The notes under the pieces were generated by a model. The model was not told the DNA's origin and ran no database searches. It worked only from the letters and a program-made list of their open reading frames with translations. 64,000 nt of DNA from Terriglobia bacterium (lineage in GTDB: Bacteria; Acidobacteriota; Terriglobia; JAJPHL01; JAPKYU01), in assembly GCA_965206645.1 (NCBI GenBank), contig CBDBKE010000004.1, positions 1,056,001-1,120,000 of the forward strand, written 5' to 3'. Of the stretch, positions 22,988-33,505 are shown in pieces; position 1 is the stretch's first letter, and every line of letters starts with the position of its first letter. The position numbers and the translations under genes were made by a program.

Positions 22988-23118
22988 GGTACTGTCAAGT
23001 TAAGCAGTTTGGCGGCATTCTCGCCGCTCGCCGCCACCGCTAAGTCATTGATTCTCAGTCTCTGATCCAGCAGAATCCTTCCGCAAAACGGGCGGATTCT
23101 GCTCAACTTGACAGTACC
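22988..23118 (-). mobile_element. MITE-A, copy 2
   Basis: Inverted 131-bp copy. Confidence 0.92.
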
Positions 23119-23165
23119 TCACCGGAGCTTCTGCATCCCCTTACTTCTCGGCTGTAATGGAAACG

Positions 23166-23525
23166 TCAGGCGACGCGCGGCTCGACCTCCTGTTCGATTT
23201 TGGCGCGCAGGGTGCGTTCGGCGACATCGAGATCGTAACGGGTCTGGAGATTGATCCAGAATTCAGGCGTCGTCCCAAAATAGCGCCCCAGGCGCAGTGC
23301 AGTGTCGGTCGTGACACCGCGGCGTCCGAGCACGATATCGTTCAACCGTGGGCGAGAAACCTTGATTGCCTGGGCAAGCCGGTACACGCTGAGTTCCATT
23401 GGCGTTAGGAATTCATCGCGCAGTATCTCGCCTGGATGCACCAGCGATAGCTGCCGCCCCGAAGCCACATCCGAGAAGTCAACCCCCTCCCGGTCCATGT
23501 CCTCACGTTTGATGATCGTGTTCAT
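23166..23525 (-). CDS. higA: HigA antitoxin
   Basis: HPGEILRDEFL...ALRLGRYFGTTPEFWINLQ. Confidence 0.92.
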   Translation of the reverse strand: MNTIIKREDMDREGVDFSDVASGRQLSLVHPGEILRDEFLTPMELSVYRLAQAIKVSRPRLNDIVLGRRGVTTDTALRLGRYFGTTPEFWINLQTRYDLDVAERTLRAKIEQEVEPRVA

Positions 23526-23534
23526 TCCACCTCC

Positions 23535-23816
23535 TTAATGGTAGTCGACGATCTCGACCTCCCATGCTTCGCCATCGCGCCAGACGAAACAGATACGCCA
23601 TTGTTCGTTGACGCGAATGCTGTATTGCCCTCGGCGGGCGCCCCGCAAAGCCCCTAGTCGGTTGCCGGGCGGCACTCTCAGATCGTCGAGTTGGCCTGCG
23701 GCCTCAATAGCCAGGAGTTTTGCTCTCGCCCGCTGCTGGATCTGTATTGGCAGGCCGCGAACGGCATGGCCCGCAAAGATGGCCGCGCTACGCTTGTTGG
23801 CGAAACTCTTGATCAC
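23535..23816 (-). CDS. higB: HigB toxin
   Basis: IKSF...PPGNRL..L.G.R.GQYSIRVN.QWRICF...VDYH; toxin-first order. Confidence 0.92.
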   Translation of the reverse strand: MIKSFANKRSAAIFAGHAVRGLPIQIQQRARAKLLAIEAAGQLDDLRVPPGNRLGALRGARRGQYSIRVNEQWRICFVWRDGEAWEVEIVDYH

Positions 23817-23971
23817 GAGCCAACGTAACGAATATCGGTACGTCTTGTCAAGGGTATCCATCGCCCGGCATCGATTGAATTGACCGTTATTGTGAAATCA
23901 CTCAGATAAAGTGAATGCTGGAAAATTTACACAGAACCATTCGTCAATATAGAATCGGCCTTCGTCGTGGG

Positions 23972-24487
23972 CTAAAGGGGCTGTTGGAGTCGCTGCCATC
24001 CCTCAGCTTTGGCAGCAAGTACGATTCGCGCACCTGCTTCCGCATCGGACCCTGAATCATGGTGGCATAGTGGGATACCAAGTCGGCGGCATACATCGGG
24101 CAACCGTGTCGGGTAGATGCCCCACTGCGAGCGCGCCAGATCGACCGTACAGATGAACGGCAATCCTGGTACACGAATACCGTACATGGCGCAACACGCT
24201 TGGAGTACGCTCCTGTCGAACGGCGCGTTGTGAGTCGCGATGAATTCCGCGTCGTCGAACCAAGGGAGCAGGGTCGGCCAGAGTTCGCCAAAGGTGGGCG
24301 CGGCGCGGACATCTTCCCAACGGAGGCCATGTACTTCGGTGAACTCAAACCGCGATGTAGGCGGCCGTATCAGGAACGACTGCACAACCTCAATTTTCCC
24401 CTTGCCCTCCCTGGCAAGGCCCACCGCGCACGCACTGACCCTCTGACGATTGGCGGTCTCGAAATCGATCGCGACAAAGGAATTCAT
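23972..24487 (-). CDS. DEDDh 3'-5' exonuclease (DnaQ-like)
   Basis: AIDFETAN, HNAPFD and HHD..SDA motifs. Confidence 0.88.
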   Translation of the reverse strand: MNSFVAIDFETANRQRVSACAVGLAREGKGKIEVVQSFLIRPPTSRFEFTEVHGLRWEDVRAAPTFGELWPTLLPWFDDAEFIATHNAPFDRSVLQACCAMYGIRVPGLPFICTVDLARSQWGIYPTRLPDVCRRLGIPLCHHDSGSDAEAGARIVLAAKAEGWQRLQQPL

Positions 24488-24584
24488 GGCAACAAGCGGC
24501 ATCATACGGCATTGTGCAAGGTCCGAGCGCGGCGGTGAGCAAGGGTCACTTCAATCATGGGTGCCTATAGACTGCTTCAGAAAA

Positions 24585-25410
24585 ATGACATCGGAACAAA
24601 TCAGCGCGTGGCCCGGCAAATCGATCGACGGACGCCTGCATTCCGCCCTCTGGCACATGTTAGACGTCGGAGCGGTTGCGGCCTGCCTGACCGCCCGGCA
24701 GCCGCTGACCGGATCCTGCGAGGCCGATCGCGCAGCATCGTTTCTTGTCGCTTTACACGATCTCGGCAAGTTCAGTTCTTCCTTTCGTGCAATGCTGCGT
24801 GGCCAGCCCTATACAGGCTTCCGGCACTGGCAGCACAGCTATCGGCTGCTGCGCGATCATGACGACCTGCTTTCCGACAGGCTCGGGGCGACAAAAGGCG
24901 TCCGGCGAATACTCTATGCGGCTGTCGCCGGGCATCACGGAGGCCCGCCGGAACATCTGGACCACCGAAAGTATAAAGATCAGGCCAGCCAGATTGGAGC
25001 CGAGGCCTCCCAGATTGCAGGAGAGGCGATCCAGGCCGTCGCTTCACTGTTTCCCGGAGCGTCACTGGAGGAAATGACGGAATCTGAAGCCCGACGATTG
25101 TCGTGGGCATTGTCCGGGCTGACCGTTCAGGCGGACTGGATCGGCTCGAACCCGGAGTGGTTCGGTCCGCAGGACGCGGGAACGCCGATTGACGTTTATT
25201 GGAATCAGGCCCTCGCCCGGGCGGAAACCGCAATCTCCAAAGCCGGGTTGCATCGTGCACAGCCTTTGCCTGAGGGAGCCGTAAAGGTTCTCCCTGTAAC
25301 AGCCGCGCTTCGTCCGATGCAGACGGCAGTAGCGGAGATCGACTTGCCGGACGGTCCCGTATTGGCCCTCATCGAAGATGCGACAGGTGCCGGCAAGACC
25401 GAGGCAGCGC
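24585..25410 (+). pseudogene. cas3: Cas3 HD domain plus helicase start, truncated by IS5
   Basis: HMLDV, LHDLGK, AGHHG, ADWIGS and TGAGKTEAA motifs (type I-E-like). Confidence 0.88.
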
Positions 25411-26526
25411 GGCGCTGTTGCACGATTCAACCTTGGCGCGAGTCAGGCCGTTTTCCCAACCCCTCGTTCATGACACCACGGCGTAGGACTTCGGCCTGCC
25501 GAGCTCGGCCATCCGGTTGAGGATGTGACACCCGATCGTGGTCTCTTTCCTTTGCGCGTTGCTGTTCCTCGCCTTCAGGCTTCCTCCGAGCACTGACTTG
25601 TATCGGAAGAACCCGTTCTCAACGCGCGCCTGCTGTCGGTAGCCCAACTCCTTCTGCCACTCTCGTCGTCCGATCTTACGAACTCTCTGAAGAGCCGCTT
25701 CTCGTTGCGCCCACGGGCCGTCCGTGGGCCCCGCGGACACCGCACAGCGACGAGGGGGGATCACGATCACGACGTCCTCTGTACCGGCCGCGCCGACCCG
25801 ATCGTAGATCGCCCTGTTGTCGTAGGCCCCGTCCGCCGTGAAACGCCGGATGGGAGCCTCGATCTGGTCGAGCAGATCCGGCAGGGCGGAGGCGTCGTCC
25901 CCGCTGCTCGTCGTGAGTTCGGCCGCCACAATGAACCCCTCGTCATCCACTCCGATGTGCAGCTTTCGCCAGTCCCGGCGTTTCTTGGATGCCTTGTACT
26001 TGTGCGAATTCCATTCGCCGCAACCCAGGATCTTGAGCCCCGTGGAATCGACGATCAAGTGGATCGGGCCGTCGTGGGCTCGGGTTAGAGGCGGCACCTC
26101 AACGATTTGGTTCCGGCGCGAGAGTGTGGTGTGGTCCGGGGCCTTGAGGTCGAGGCCCATCAAGCTGAGCAGCGAGTCCAGGAAACCCTCGGTCTGGCGA
26201 AGCGGCAGGTGGAAGACGACCCGCAGCGTCAACGCGGTCAAGATCGCGAGGTTCGAGTACCGCCGCTGGCCTCCGCGGAGACCGTTCTTCGCCGGTGTCC
26301 ACGCGGCGATCGCCTCCTCGCTCAGCCAGATCGTGACGTCGCCGCGGCTCCTGAGGCCCCGCTCGTACTCCCTCCAGTTCCAGATTCTGCATTTCGTCTT
26401 GTACTTGCGGTTGACTCGGCTCGACTTCCCTGCGGCCATGACGTTGCCCCCCTTGATCTCCATGATGGATCGGGACACCGAGCCAATGCTAGCGGGGGAG
26501 CCGAGGACGATTCATGCACCAACGCC
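25411..26526 (-). mobile_element. IS5-family (IS903-like) element; transposase 25468-26439
   Basis: GGCG...CGCC IRs; NW.EY..GL..RG, LRQTEG, VDSTG, WRKLH and DGAYD motifs. Confidence 0.9.
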
Positions 26527-26782
26527 TCCTTGAAAGGCAACCCGCAAAAACCGGTTGAATGACAGTTGAAATGCCTGTTTTTGGCTCTCACCCATTAGGT
26601 ATACACCTCCGGAATGCAATGTTGATGCTGGAACCCGCATCAATATTGATGTTGGAGGTTAGTCGAGGGTTGCTTCTACGATTTCAAACGGGAAATGCGG
26701 GTCAAGAAGTCATGAAGCTCCTCGAACGTTTCTGCCCGCTCAAAGAAAGGTTCGCTGGCATTGGGTTAGCTGCTATCCGCAG

Positions 26783-27073
26783 CTACCAGTTGTCCAATCC
26801 AGAATTGTGGATCGCTATTCCTCGCAATGACAACTCCTCGAGTAACCGGGCCACAGCACGGCTTACGTCTCCATCTCCTGGCACAACCACCGCCCATGTA
26901 AGGTTCTCTCGGAACTCCCGTGTACTGATGCGCCATTGCTCAAGAGCGGCCGGCGTAGTTGCTCCGATTTGAATGACAGACCAATGTCGAACTAGTGCCA
27001 GTGCCGTTGCTCGATCCGGCAGTGGCCCGCGGACGATAAAATGATTATCTCCGTGTACCAGAACGCCCAGCAT
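26783..27073 (-). CDS. Hypothetical protein
   Basis: 96-aa ORF with globular composition; no motif recognised. Confidence 0.45.
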   Translation of the reverse strand: MLGVLVHGDNHFIVRGPLPDRATALALVRHWSVIQIGATTPAALEQWRISTREFRENLTWAVVVPGDGDVSRAVARLLEELSLRGIAIHNSGLDNW

Positions 27074-27166
27074 AGAATTTAATGATCCAAGGGGTGAACC
27101 GAACCTCAAACCGTGTAGTCTACGGTCCGTCTCAAATCTCTCCCATTTCTGCTGAAATCAAACACA

Positions 27167-28030
27167 CTACGGCATCGTCAGCAGCGGCTTCTGACCGGGC
27201 GGTAAATGCTGATCGAAAACCGTCAGAATCAGAGCATCTCCTGCTTGAACCGCCATCAGACCCGCCAGGTCAACTACATTCCTCTCGCCAAAAAGTTTCA
27301 CCACATTCGCGTAGGTTTCCGGAGCCACTAAATGCTTCCCAGAAACCTCGCGACCCAACTGAATAATCGCCGCTTCTTTTTCACCCAAGCCTGTCAGAGG
27401 CTTGCGGTCCCTTACAACGTCTATTATGTAATGCTCCAGGCCTAGCTTGGCGGCTTCCAATTCGTGCATCGTCCACAAGTATTGTTGGTTCAATTCGCGG
27501 GCTGTTATGAGGATCGCTAGTTCCATCAGCCTTCGTCCAAGGTCTGCTTCGATAAGTTCAAGGAACTTGGCACCACCGCTGTGGAGGGATATTTGGTTCG
27601 GACCCGTACCCCAAGGGGCCAGCCTGGGACGATCAGGATTGGATGGCGGCTGCGGGACTTTGATCAAAGGCAGACGGCTCCTAGACTCCGGATGAATATC
27701 AGGAGGAGACGCGTCTTCCCATCTGTAAGGAAGCTGAAGAGGAACGATGTGCTTCCAGTCCAGAGGCAAATGTTGATTCACTACGGTGAGTCTCACTGAG
27801 GTCCCTGAGTATCGGGCCATTAATGTAACTATATCCACTAGGTTGGCCTTTCCCAAAGCTTTCAAGGCACGCGCATAGGTTTCCGGGGTCACTTTATGTC
27901 TTGTAACCGCTTCGCGGCCTAGTTGGATAATGGCAGCTTCCGTTTCGCCTAGTCCCTTGACCTGTCCTATAAGAGGCTCCTTGAATCTCAGGACGTCGAC
28001 GATTTCCTTTTCCAGACCTTGCCGAAGCCC
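27167..28030 (-). pseudogene. Carboxymuconolactone decarboxylase/AhpD-like repeat protein, 5'-truncated by IS3
   Basis: Duplicated GLGE.EAAIIQLGRE...PETYA segment; ELAILITARE...W..H. Confidence 0.7.
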
Positions 28031-29280
28031 TGACCTGACCGGCACTTTTTGTACCAAGTGGAAAGAGAGAGAATCCACTTGAGGAGGAAGTGAGGTCATG
28101 CCGACAAGGAGTTACAAGCCGGAGCAGATTGTAGCGGTGCTACGGCAGATAGAAGTGCAGATGGGGAACGGGAAGACTGCGCCCCAAGCCTGCAAAGAAG
28201 CTGGAATCCACACCCAAACCTACTACCGGTGGCGGAAGGAATACGGCGGGCTGAAGGTGGTGCAGGCAAAACGGCTAAAGGAGTTGGAGAAGGAAAACAC
28301 GCGGCTGAAGCGGTTGGTAGCGGAGCTTTCTCTGGAGAAGCAGGTGCTGCGGGATGTGGCGCAGGGAAACTTCTGAGCCCTGAGCGGCGGCGTTGTGCGG
28401 TGGAGCGTGCGTGGGAGCAACACGGGTTGTCGGAACGGCATGCCTGCCGGCTGCTGGGGCAATGGCGAGGGACACAACGATACGAGCCGATTCATCGGGT
28501 GGACGAGGATGCTCTGGCCCGAGCGATCATTGCCCTGGGAGCGAAGTACGGGCGATATGGCTACCGGAGGATCACAGCGTTGCTGCGGAGTGCGGGCTGG
28601 GAAGTGGGCAAGGACCGGGTGCAGCGGATTTGGCGGCGGGAAGGGCTGAAAGTGCCGCAAAAACAAAGGCCGCGAGGACGGCTGTGGCTGAACGACGGTT
28701 CCTGTGTACGACTGAGGCCGGAGCGACCGAACCACGTGTGGAGCTACGACTTCATGAGTGCCAGAACGCACGAGGGGAAAACGCTGCGGCTGCTGACCTT
28801 GCTGGATGAGTACACGCGGGAATGCCTGGCGATCCGGGTGGAGCGGAGGATGGGCAGCCAACAAATCATTGAGGCGTTGTCGGACGTGATGTTGTGGCGA
28901 GGGATACCGGAACAGATTCGATCCGACAATGGTCCCGAGTTCATCGCCAAACAACTGCGCCAGTGGTTGGCAAATCTAGGGACCGGGACACTGTACATCG
29001 AACCGGGCAGTCCCTGGGAGAACGGGTACTGCGAGAGTTTCAATGGGAAGCTGCGGGACGAATGCCTGAATGGAGAGATCTTCTACTCGTTGAAGGAGGC
29101 ACAGGTGGTGATTGAACAGTGGAGGGTGCAATACAACACGGTGCGGCCGCACTCGGCGCTCGGCTATAGGCCCCCGGCGCCGGGGGCCTATAGCCCTCCC
29201 CTGCCACTGAAACCAGTTTCACAGCCCCAGGCTGCGATGTAAACTCTCACTACGGTTGGTACAAAAAATCGGTCTGGTCA
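28031..29280 (+). mobile_element. IS3 type A, intact copy
   Basis: 1250 bp, both IRs, no target duplication. Confidence 0.95.
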
Positions 29281-29300
29281 GTGCACCAGAAACGGAGGTC

Positions 29301-31016
29301 ATGCAGATGTGGCTCCGTGAACTACAGATCCGCAGTTTCCGAAAGATCGACGCGCTCACAGTGAGTTTTCCGCGCGGTCTGACGGTGTTGGTTGGGGAGA
29401 ATAACTCGGGTAAAACGACGATCATCGATGCACTGCGCCTCATGTTGTTCTCAAGCCGGGATCTTGATTCCCTCTGGCTTACGGAGGATGACTTCCGAGC
29501 CGGAACCGAACACGCACCGATCGAGATTTCCTGCCGATTCACCGGACTTGAGGATGAGGACGAAGTCCACTTTCAAGAGTGCCTCGTCGATATCGGTGAT
29601 GGCAAGTTCGAGATGCAGGTCAATGCCCGCGTTGAATTCAACGAGACGACGAATCGGTGCAACGTGAAGATGTGGGGCGGCGAGACGGAAGGCGGCTCAC
29701 TTCCGTCGAACCATTACGATCGACTTGCGACGATCTACTTGCAGCCGCTGCGTGATCCCGAACGCGGCCTGCGGCCTGGCCAGCATTCCCAGGTGTCCCG
29801 CCTTATCGACTGCCTGACTAAGGAAGATCAGCGCGCAGACTTTGAAGCCATCGCCAAGGATGCAAATGAGAAGATCCGAGTTCTGAAGCCAGTCGAAGAC
29901 GCAAGGGGCGACATCAATGCGCAGATGGCAGCCATTGCAGGTAGTCAGCTGGCACAGAAGACGGAGTTGATTTTCACTGACCCAACTTTCCGTCGTATCA
30001 TTGCAGGACTGCAGCCGGAGATTGAAGGACTTCCGTTTACCCTCAATGGGCTCGGCTACAACAACTTGATCTTCACATCCGCGACTTTGGGCACACTCCG
30101 GCGGAGTCCACAGTTCTCATTCCGTTCAATCCTGGTCGAGGAACCCGAAGCGCACCTGCACCCACAATTACAGATGCTCCTTCTCCAGCATTTGGCTGAT
30201 GTCGCCAGCAATCACGAAGGCAACGAAGTGCAGGTCATCGCGAGCAGCCACTCTCCTATCCTGGCGAGTCAGGCCCCGATCGACTCGGTCGTATCCGTTC
30301 ATGAGGTTGATGGCAAGGTCAGCGCAGTCTCGGTCTGTTCCATCACGATTGACGATAAGACCAAGAAGAAGCTCCAGCGGTATCTCGATGCGACCCGCGG
30401 GGAGTTGTTTTTCGCCCGACGCATCTTGATGGTGGAGGGGATCGCGGAGGCGCTGCTGCTCCCTGTGCTGGCCAAGATTTCAGGTGGCAACCTGAAGGGG
30501 TCGTCCGTGACCGTTCTGAACGCGGATGGGATCAACTTCAACGCGTTCATTCCATTGTTTGGAGTGGAACGGCTTGGTGTGCCGGTCGTCATACTCACAG
30601 ACGGTGACGCACAGGAGATCGGTGGAGAGATGTCGGAGACTGCGTCAGACTTGAGAGAGCAGGCAGCCGGTATTCCGAATCTGAATGTCGAGATGTCGGA
30701 GATAACCTTCGAGCACGAGCTTGCTCGATCGGAAATGCTGCTTCCGCACATGGTGTCTGCGCTCAAAGAGCTACATCCCATCATTGGAGCAACACTCGAA
30801 ACCGAGCTCGCGGCGCTTGCGACTGTGGAGGAGAAGGCCACGAAGTTCTTGGATGTGTTCATTGAGAAGTCGGTCTCGAAAGGCCGGTTTGCGCAGGAAC
30901 TCGCCGGGATCTTGGCGGAATGTAATCTCGGGGCCAACGCTGTACCCGATTACATCCGCAACGCGCTCAGGCATCTGGGAGTTCTCAGTGAGGCGGCAAA
31001 CGATGGCCACGGCTGA
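29301..31016 (+). CDS. gajA: Gabija GajA (OLD family: ABC ATPase + TOPRIM)
   Basis: GENNSGKT, GLGYNN, VEEPEAHLHP, SHS, VEG..E and TDGD motifs. Confidence 0.88.
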   Translation: MQMWLRELQIRSFRKIDALTVSFPRGLTVLVGENNSGKTTIIDALRLMLFSSRDLDSLWLTEDDFRAGTEHAPIEISCRFTGLEDEDEVHFQECLVDIGDGKFEMQVNARVEFNETTNRCNVKMWGGETEGGSLPSNHYDRLATIYLQPLRDPERGLRPGQHSQVSRLIDCLTKEDQRADFEAIAKDANEKIRVLKPVEDARGDINAQMAAIAGSQLAQKTELIFTDPTFRRIIAGLQPEIEGLPFTLNGLGYNNLIFTSATLGTLRRSPQFSFRSILVEEPEAHLHPQLQMLLLQHLADVASNHEGNEVQVIASSHSPILASQAPIDSVVSVHEVDGKVSAVSVCSITIDDKTKKKLQRYLDATRGELFFARRILMVEGIAEALLLPVLAKISGGNLKGSSVTVLNADGINFNAFIPLFGVERLGVPVVILTDGDAQEIGGEMSETASDLREQAAGIPNLNVEMSEITFEHELARSEMLLPHMVSALKELHPIIGATLETELAALATVEEKATKFLDVFIEKSVSKGRFAQELAGILAECNLGANAVPDYIRNALRHLGVLSEAANDGHG

Positions 31017-32760
31017 CCAACTCCGGGAGGCGATCCTTGCGCAGAACCCGACAGACCAGCAGAGGGAGGCCATCTTTTCTGAGGAGTTGGAGTTTCTCTT
31101 GCGCGCAGCTCCAGGAAGCGGAAAAACCTGGACATCATGTCGACGCTTTATCTGGAGAGCAGCCAACTGGCCTCATCCTGTCGGCGGACTGGCCCTCCTA
31201 TCGTTCACAAACGCTGCCATCCGCGAGTTCAAGACCGCCACGACCAACGTAGGGCGAAGAGACCTCCTCTCCGATCCGAACTACGTCGGTACGTTTGACT
31301 CATTCGTTGAACGTTACATTCTCGCACCGTTTGGCCATCTGCTCACCGGCGCAGACAAGCGGCCAAAGCTATTTCCAGGCCCACGTCCGGGCGACTGGAA
31401 CAATACGCAACTGAAGGTGTGGAGGGACGGCAAGGGCGGTCAGAAGATCCCCGTTCCGGCATGGGAAGTCATACCCTGTCCGGATGGCACCAAGCTCCGC
31501 TTCAAGGTGTCACCCACCTTCGGGAATCAGCCCATTGCCGCCGCCACTGAGCCTGTCTACAAACTGCTGTCTCTGGGCTTTTACACCCATGCGCAACGCA
31601 TTTTTTGGGCATGCAAACTCCTAATCAAGAGGCCTCACATCGCGGAGCTGCTGGCCAGGCGCTTCCGAGAGATCATCGTCGATGAAGCACAGGATACGAA
31701 TGCCTGGCTTTTAATTCTCTTGAACCTCCTGCGTGACAAGGGCGCAAAGATCACTCTCATCGGTGACCCGGACCAGTGCATCTTCGAGTTCAGTATGGCG
31801 GATGCGACTTCGTTGCCCAATCTGAAGACGAAGTGGTCAATTCCAGAGAAGCCCCTGAGTCAGTCGTTTCGTTGCAACAACCAGATTGCCGCAGCCGTCC
31901 GTAACGTGGGCGGGAACGCATATTTCACCGGAGCTGGTGATGGAGCGAGCGAGTGGCACCGGGGGTTTGTGGTTGAAGAGTCATCGAAGACATTTTCCGA
32001 TGGCCTAGCGGCATTCCAACGTCTCGCAGACCAAGCCGGAGTGAGCATCAACTCTGCTGCCGTCGTCTGCCGAGCGCATGGGCAACTGGAATCACTGCGT
32101 GGCAAGGCAAACTATACCAATCTCAAGGGCAAGGCAAAGGATCTGGCTACGGCTGCGTTCCTTCGTGATTCCCGACACGATTACCGTGGTGCGTCTCAGA
32201 CCGTCGAACGTATTGTGCGCGAACTCACAGGTGACGACCCTCTGTGGGAGCGCATCGATACCGACCCGAAGTCACGCGAGCGCATGGCTGTGGCATTGGC
32301 AATCTGGAAGTTCGTCAAAAACCCGGACCGACTAACACCGGTATCTCAGCTTGGTGACACATGGATTCCTTCCATGCGAACGCAGTTGGCGAGCTTGATC
32401 GAGGAAATCGGCTTGCAATGTGATGCGAAGCTCGGGCAGCACATCAAAGCAACCGGACTCTCCGCCGCTCAGAAGGCTCTGCCGCTCTTCGAATCGGTCC
32501 ATGAGTTCCCGGAAGTGCGGCAGGACACGATTCACCAGGTGAAAGGCGAGAGTATCGACGCGGTGCTGGTCATCGGCAATACAAAATTCTGGAACTCCGT
32601 GATGGCGGCGGTACGAAGTGGCGACAACACGGAAGATCGACGGCTGGCGTATGTGGCCATGACTCGAGCTCGCCACCTGCTTGTCGTCGGGTTACCGAAG
32701 GGGCACTACGACAAGCACTCAGAGACCTGGGTGGAGTGGGGCTTCAGGGTGGCGACATGA
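31003..32760 (+). CDS. gajB: Gabija GajB (UvrD-like helicase)
   Basis: APGSGKT, SFTN, DEAQD, GDPDQ, TIHQVKGE and YVAMTRAR motifs; overlaps gajA by 14 nt. Confidence 0.88.
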   Translation: MATADQLREAILAQNPTDQQREAIFSEELEFLLRAAPGSGKTWTSCRRFIWRAANWPHPVGGLALLSFTNAAIREFKTATTNVGRRDLLSDPNYVGTFDSFVERYILAPFGHLLTGADKRPKLFPGPRPGDWNNTQLKVWRDGKGGQKIPVPAWEVIPCPDGTKLRFKVSPTFGNQPIAAATEPVYKLLSLGFYTHAQRIFWACKLLIKRPHIAELLARRFREIIVDEAQDTNAWLLILLNLLRDKGAKITLIGDPDQCIFEFSMADATSLPNLKTKWSIPEKPLSQSFRCNNQIAAAVRNVGGNAYFTGAGDGASEWHRGFVVEESSKTFSDGLAAFQRLADQAGVSINSAAVVCRAHGQLESLRGKANYTNLKGKAKDLATAAFLRDSRHDYRGASQTVERIVRELTGDDPLWERIDTDPKSRERMAVALAIWKFVKNPDRLTPVSQLGDTWIPSMRTQLASLIEEIGLQCDAKLGQHIKATGLSAAQKALPLFESVHEFPEVRQDTIHQVKGESIDAVLVIGNTKFWNSVMAAVRSGDNTEDRRLAYVAMTRARHLLVVGLPKGHYDKHSETWVEWGFRVAT

Positions 32761-32790
32761 TGGATGCCAGCTACAGAAGAAATGAGGCCG

Positions 32791-33256
32791 GAAGCGGCGG
32801 GGAGGATGCCTCCGCTGATGCGTGTGTTTCACCTTTGCGAGTCTTCCTGCTGAAATGAGGCTTGTGGCTCAACGCCGTTCACTTCGGCAAACATCCACTC
32901 TGCAAATGACCTCCGCCCGGGCTTTCCGCTCGCCGGACCCTAGCGGTCCGGTTCCAGGTGCCCCGTCCCGGTTGCGATTCCCCAATCGAGCTGGCTGCCT
33001 ACGGCCGGAGAACGGGTATGGGGTTGCGCCATGTGCCGCTGGCCTTCGCTGGTTCCGCTTTGTTCCGATGCAAGGCTCGCGCCAGAACGGTCCCCTCGCC
33101 TGGCAGGCGTCTGTCACTCCCTCTTGCCCTTGTCGGCCCTGCCCGTCACTGGCTTCGGCGGCGCTGTTCCTCCCGTGTCAGGGTTTGGCCGTTTCCGCCA
33201 TTCGCGGGTGAGCGGAAACGCTCACAAACCCTTAAACTTTCAGGAGGAAACACATC
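32791..33256 (+). repeat. Structured leader element, copy 2 (complete, about 465 nt)
   Basis: Homologous to three other copies; several hairpins; ends at an AGGAGG RBS. Confidence 0.85.
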
Positions 33257-33505
33257 ATGGCTAACCCCAAACCCATCTCTGAAGTCCGCATCGGTCGCGT
33301 CAAGGCTGCGATTTGGCCGAACGGAACCGACGGCCGCACGCGGCACAATGTCACCTTCTCCCGTCTCTACAAGGACGGCGATGAATGGAAGAGCACGCAG
33401 AGCTTCAGTCGCAACGACCTGTTGCTGCTTGCCAAAGTGGCCGATCAGGCCCACTCGCGTATCTTCGAGCTTCAGCAGGCAGAAGAGCCTCAGGCAGAAT
33501 CCTAG
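33257..33505 (+). CDS. 82-aa protein, putative PC4/Whirly-like ssDNA-binding protein
   Basis: Strong RBS; paralogue at 44200-44448. Aromatic/basic strands, a helix and an acidic tail; the fold is inferred. Confidence 0.75.
   Translation: MANPKPISEVRIGRVKAAIWPNGTDGRTRHNVTFSRLYKDGDEWKSTQSFSRNDLLLLAKVADQAHSRIFELQQAEEPQAES

Noticed and set aside
21818-23118. Inversion signature for the MITE-A pair
   Set aside because: The flanking 8-mers match neither directly nor in reverse complement, unlike MITE-B.
23119-23970. higBA as an integron cassette
   Set aside because: No convincing attC (RYYYAAC...GTTRRRY) and no IntI was seen.
24450-27100. CRISPR array near cas3
   Set aside because: No regularly spaced repeats were seen here or elsewhere in the window.
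27167-28099. N-termini MTSLPPQVDSL... (also 18691 and 34380) and the MVQKIGLV extension of gajA
   Set aside because: These are read-outs from IS3 ends, not native starts.
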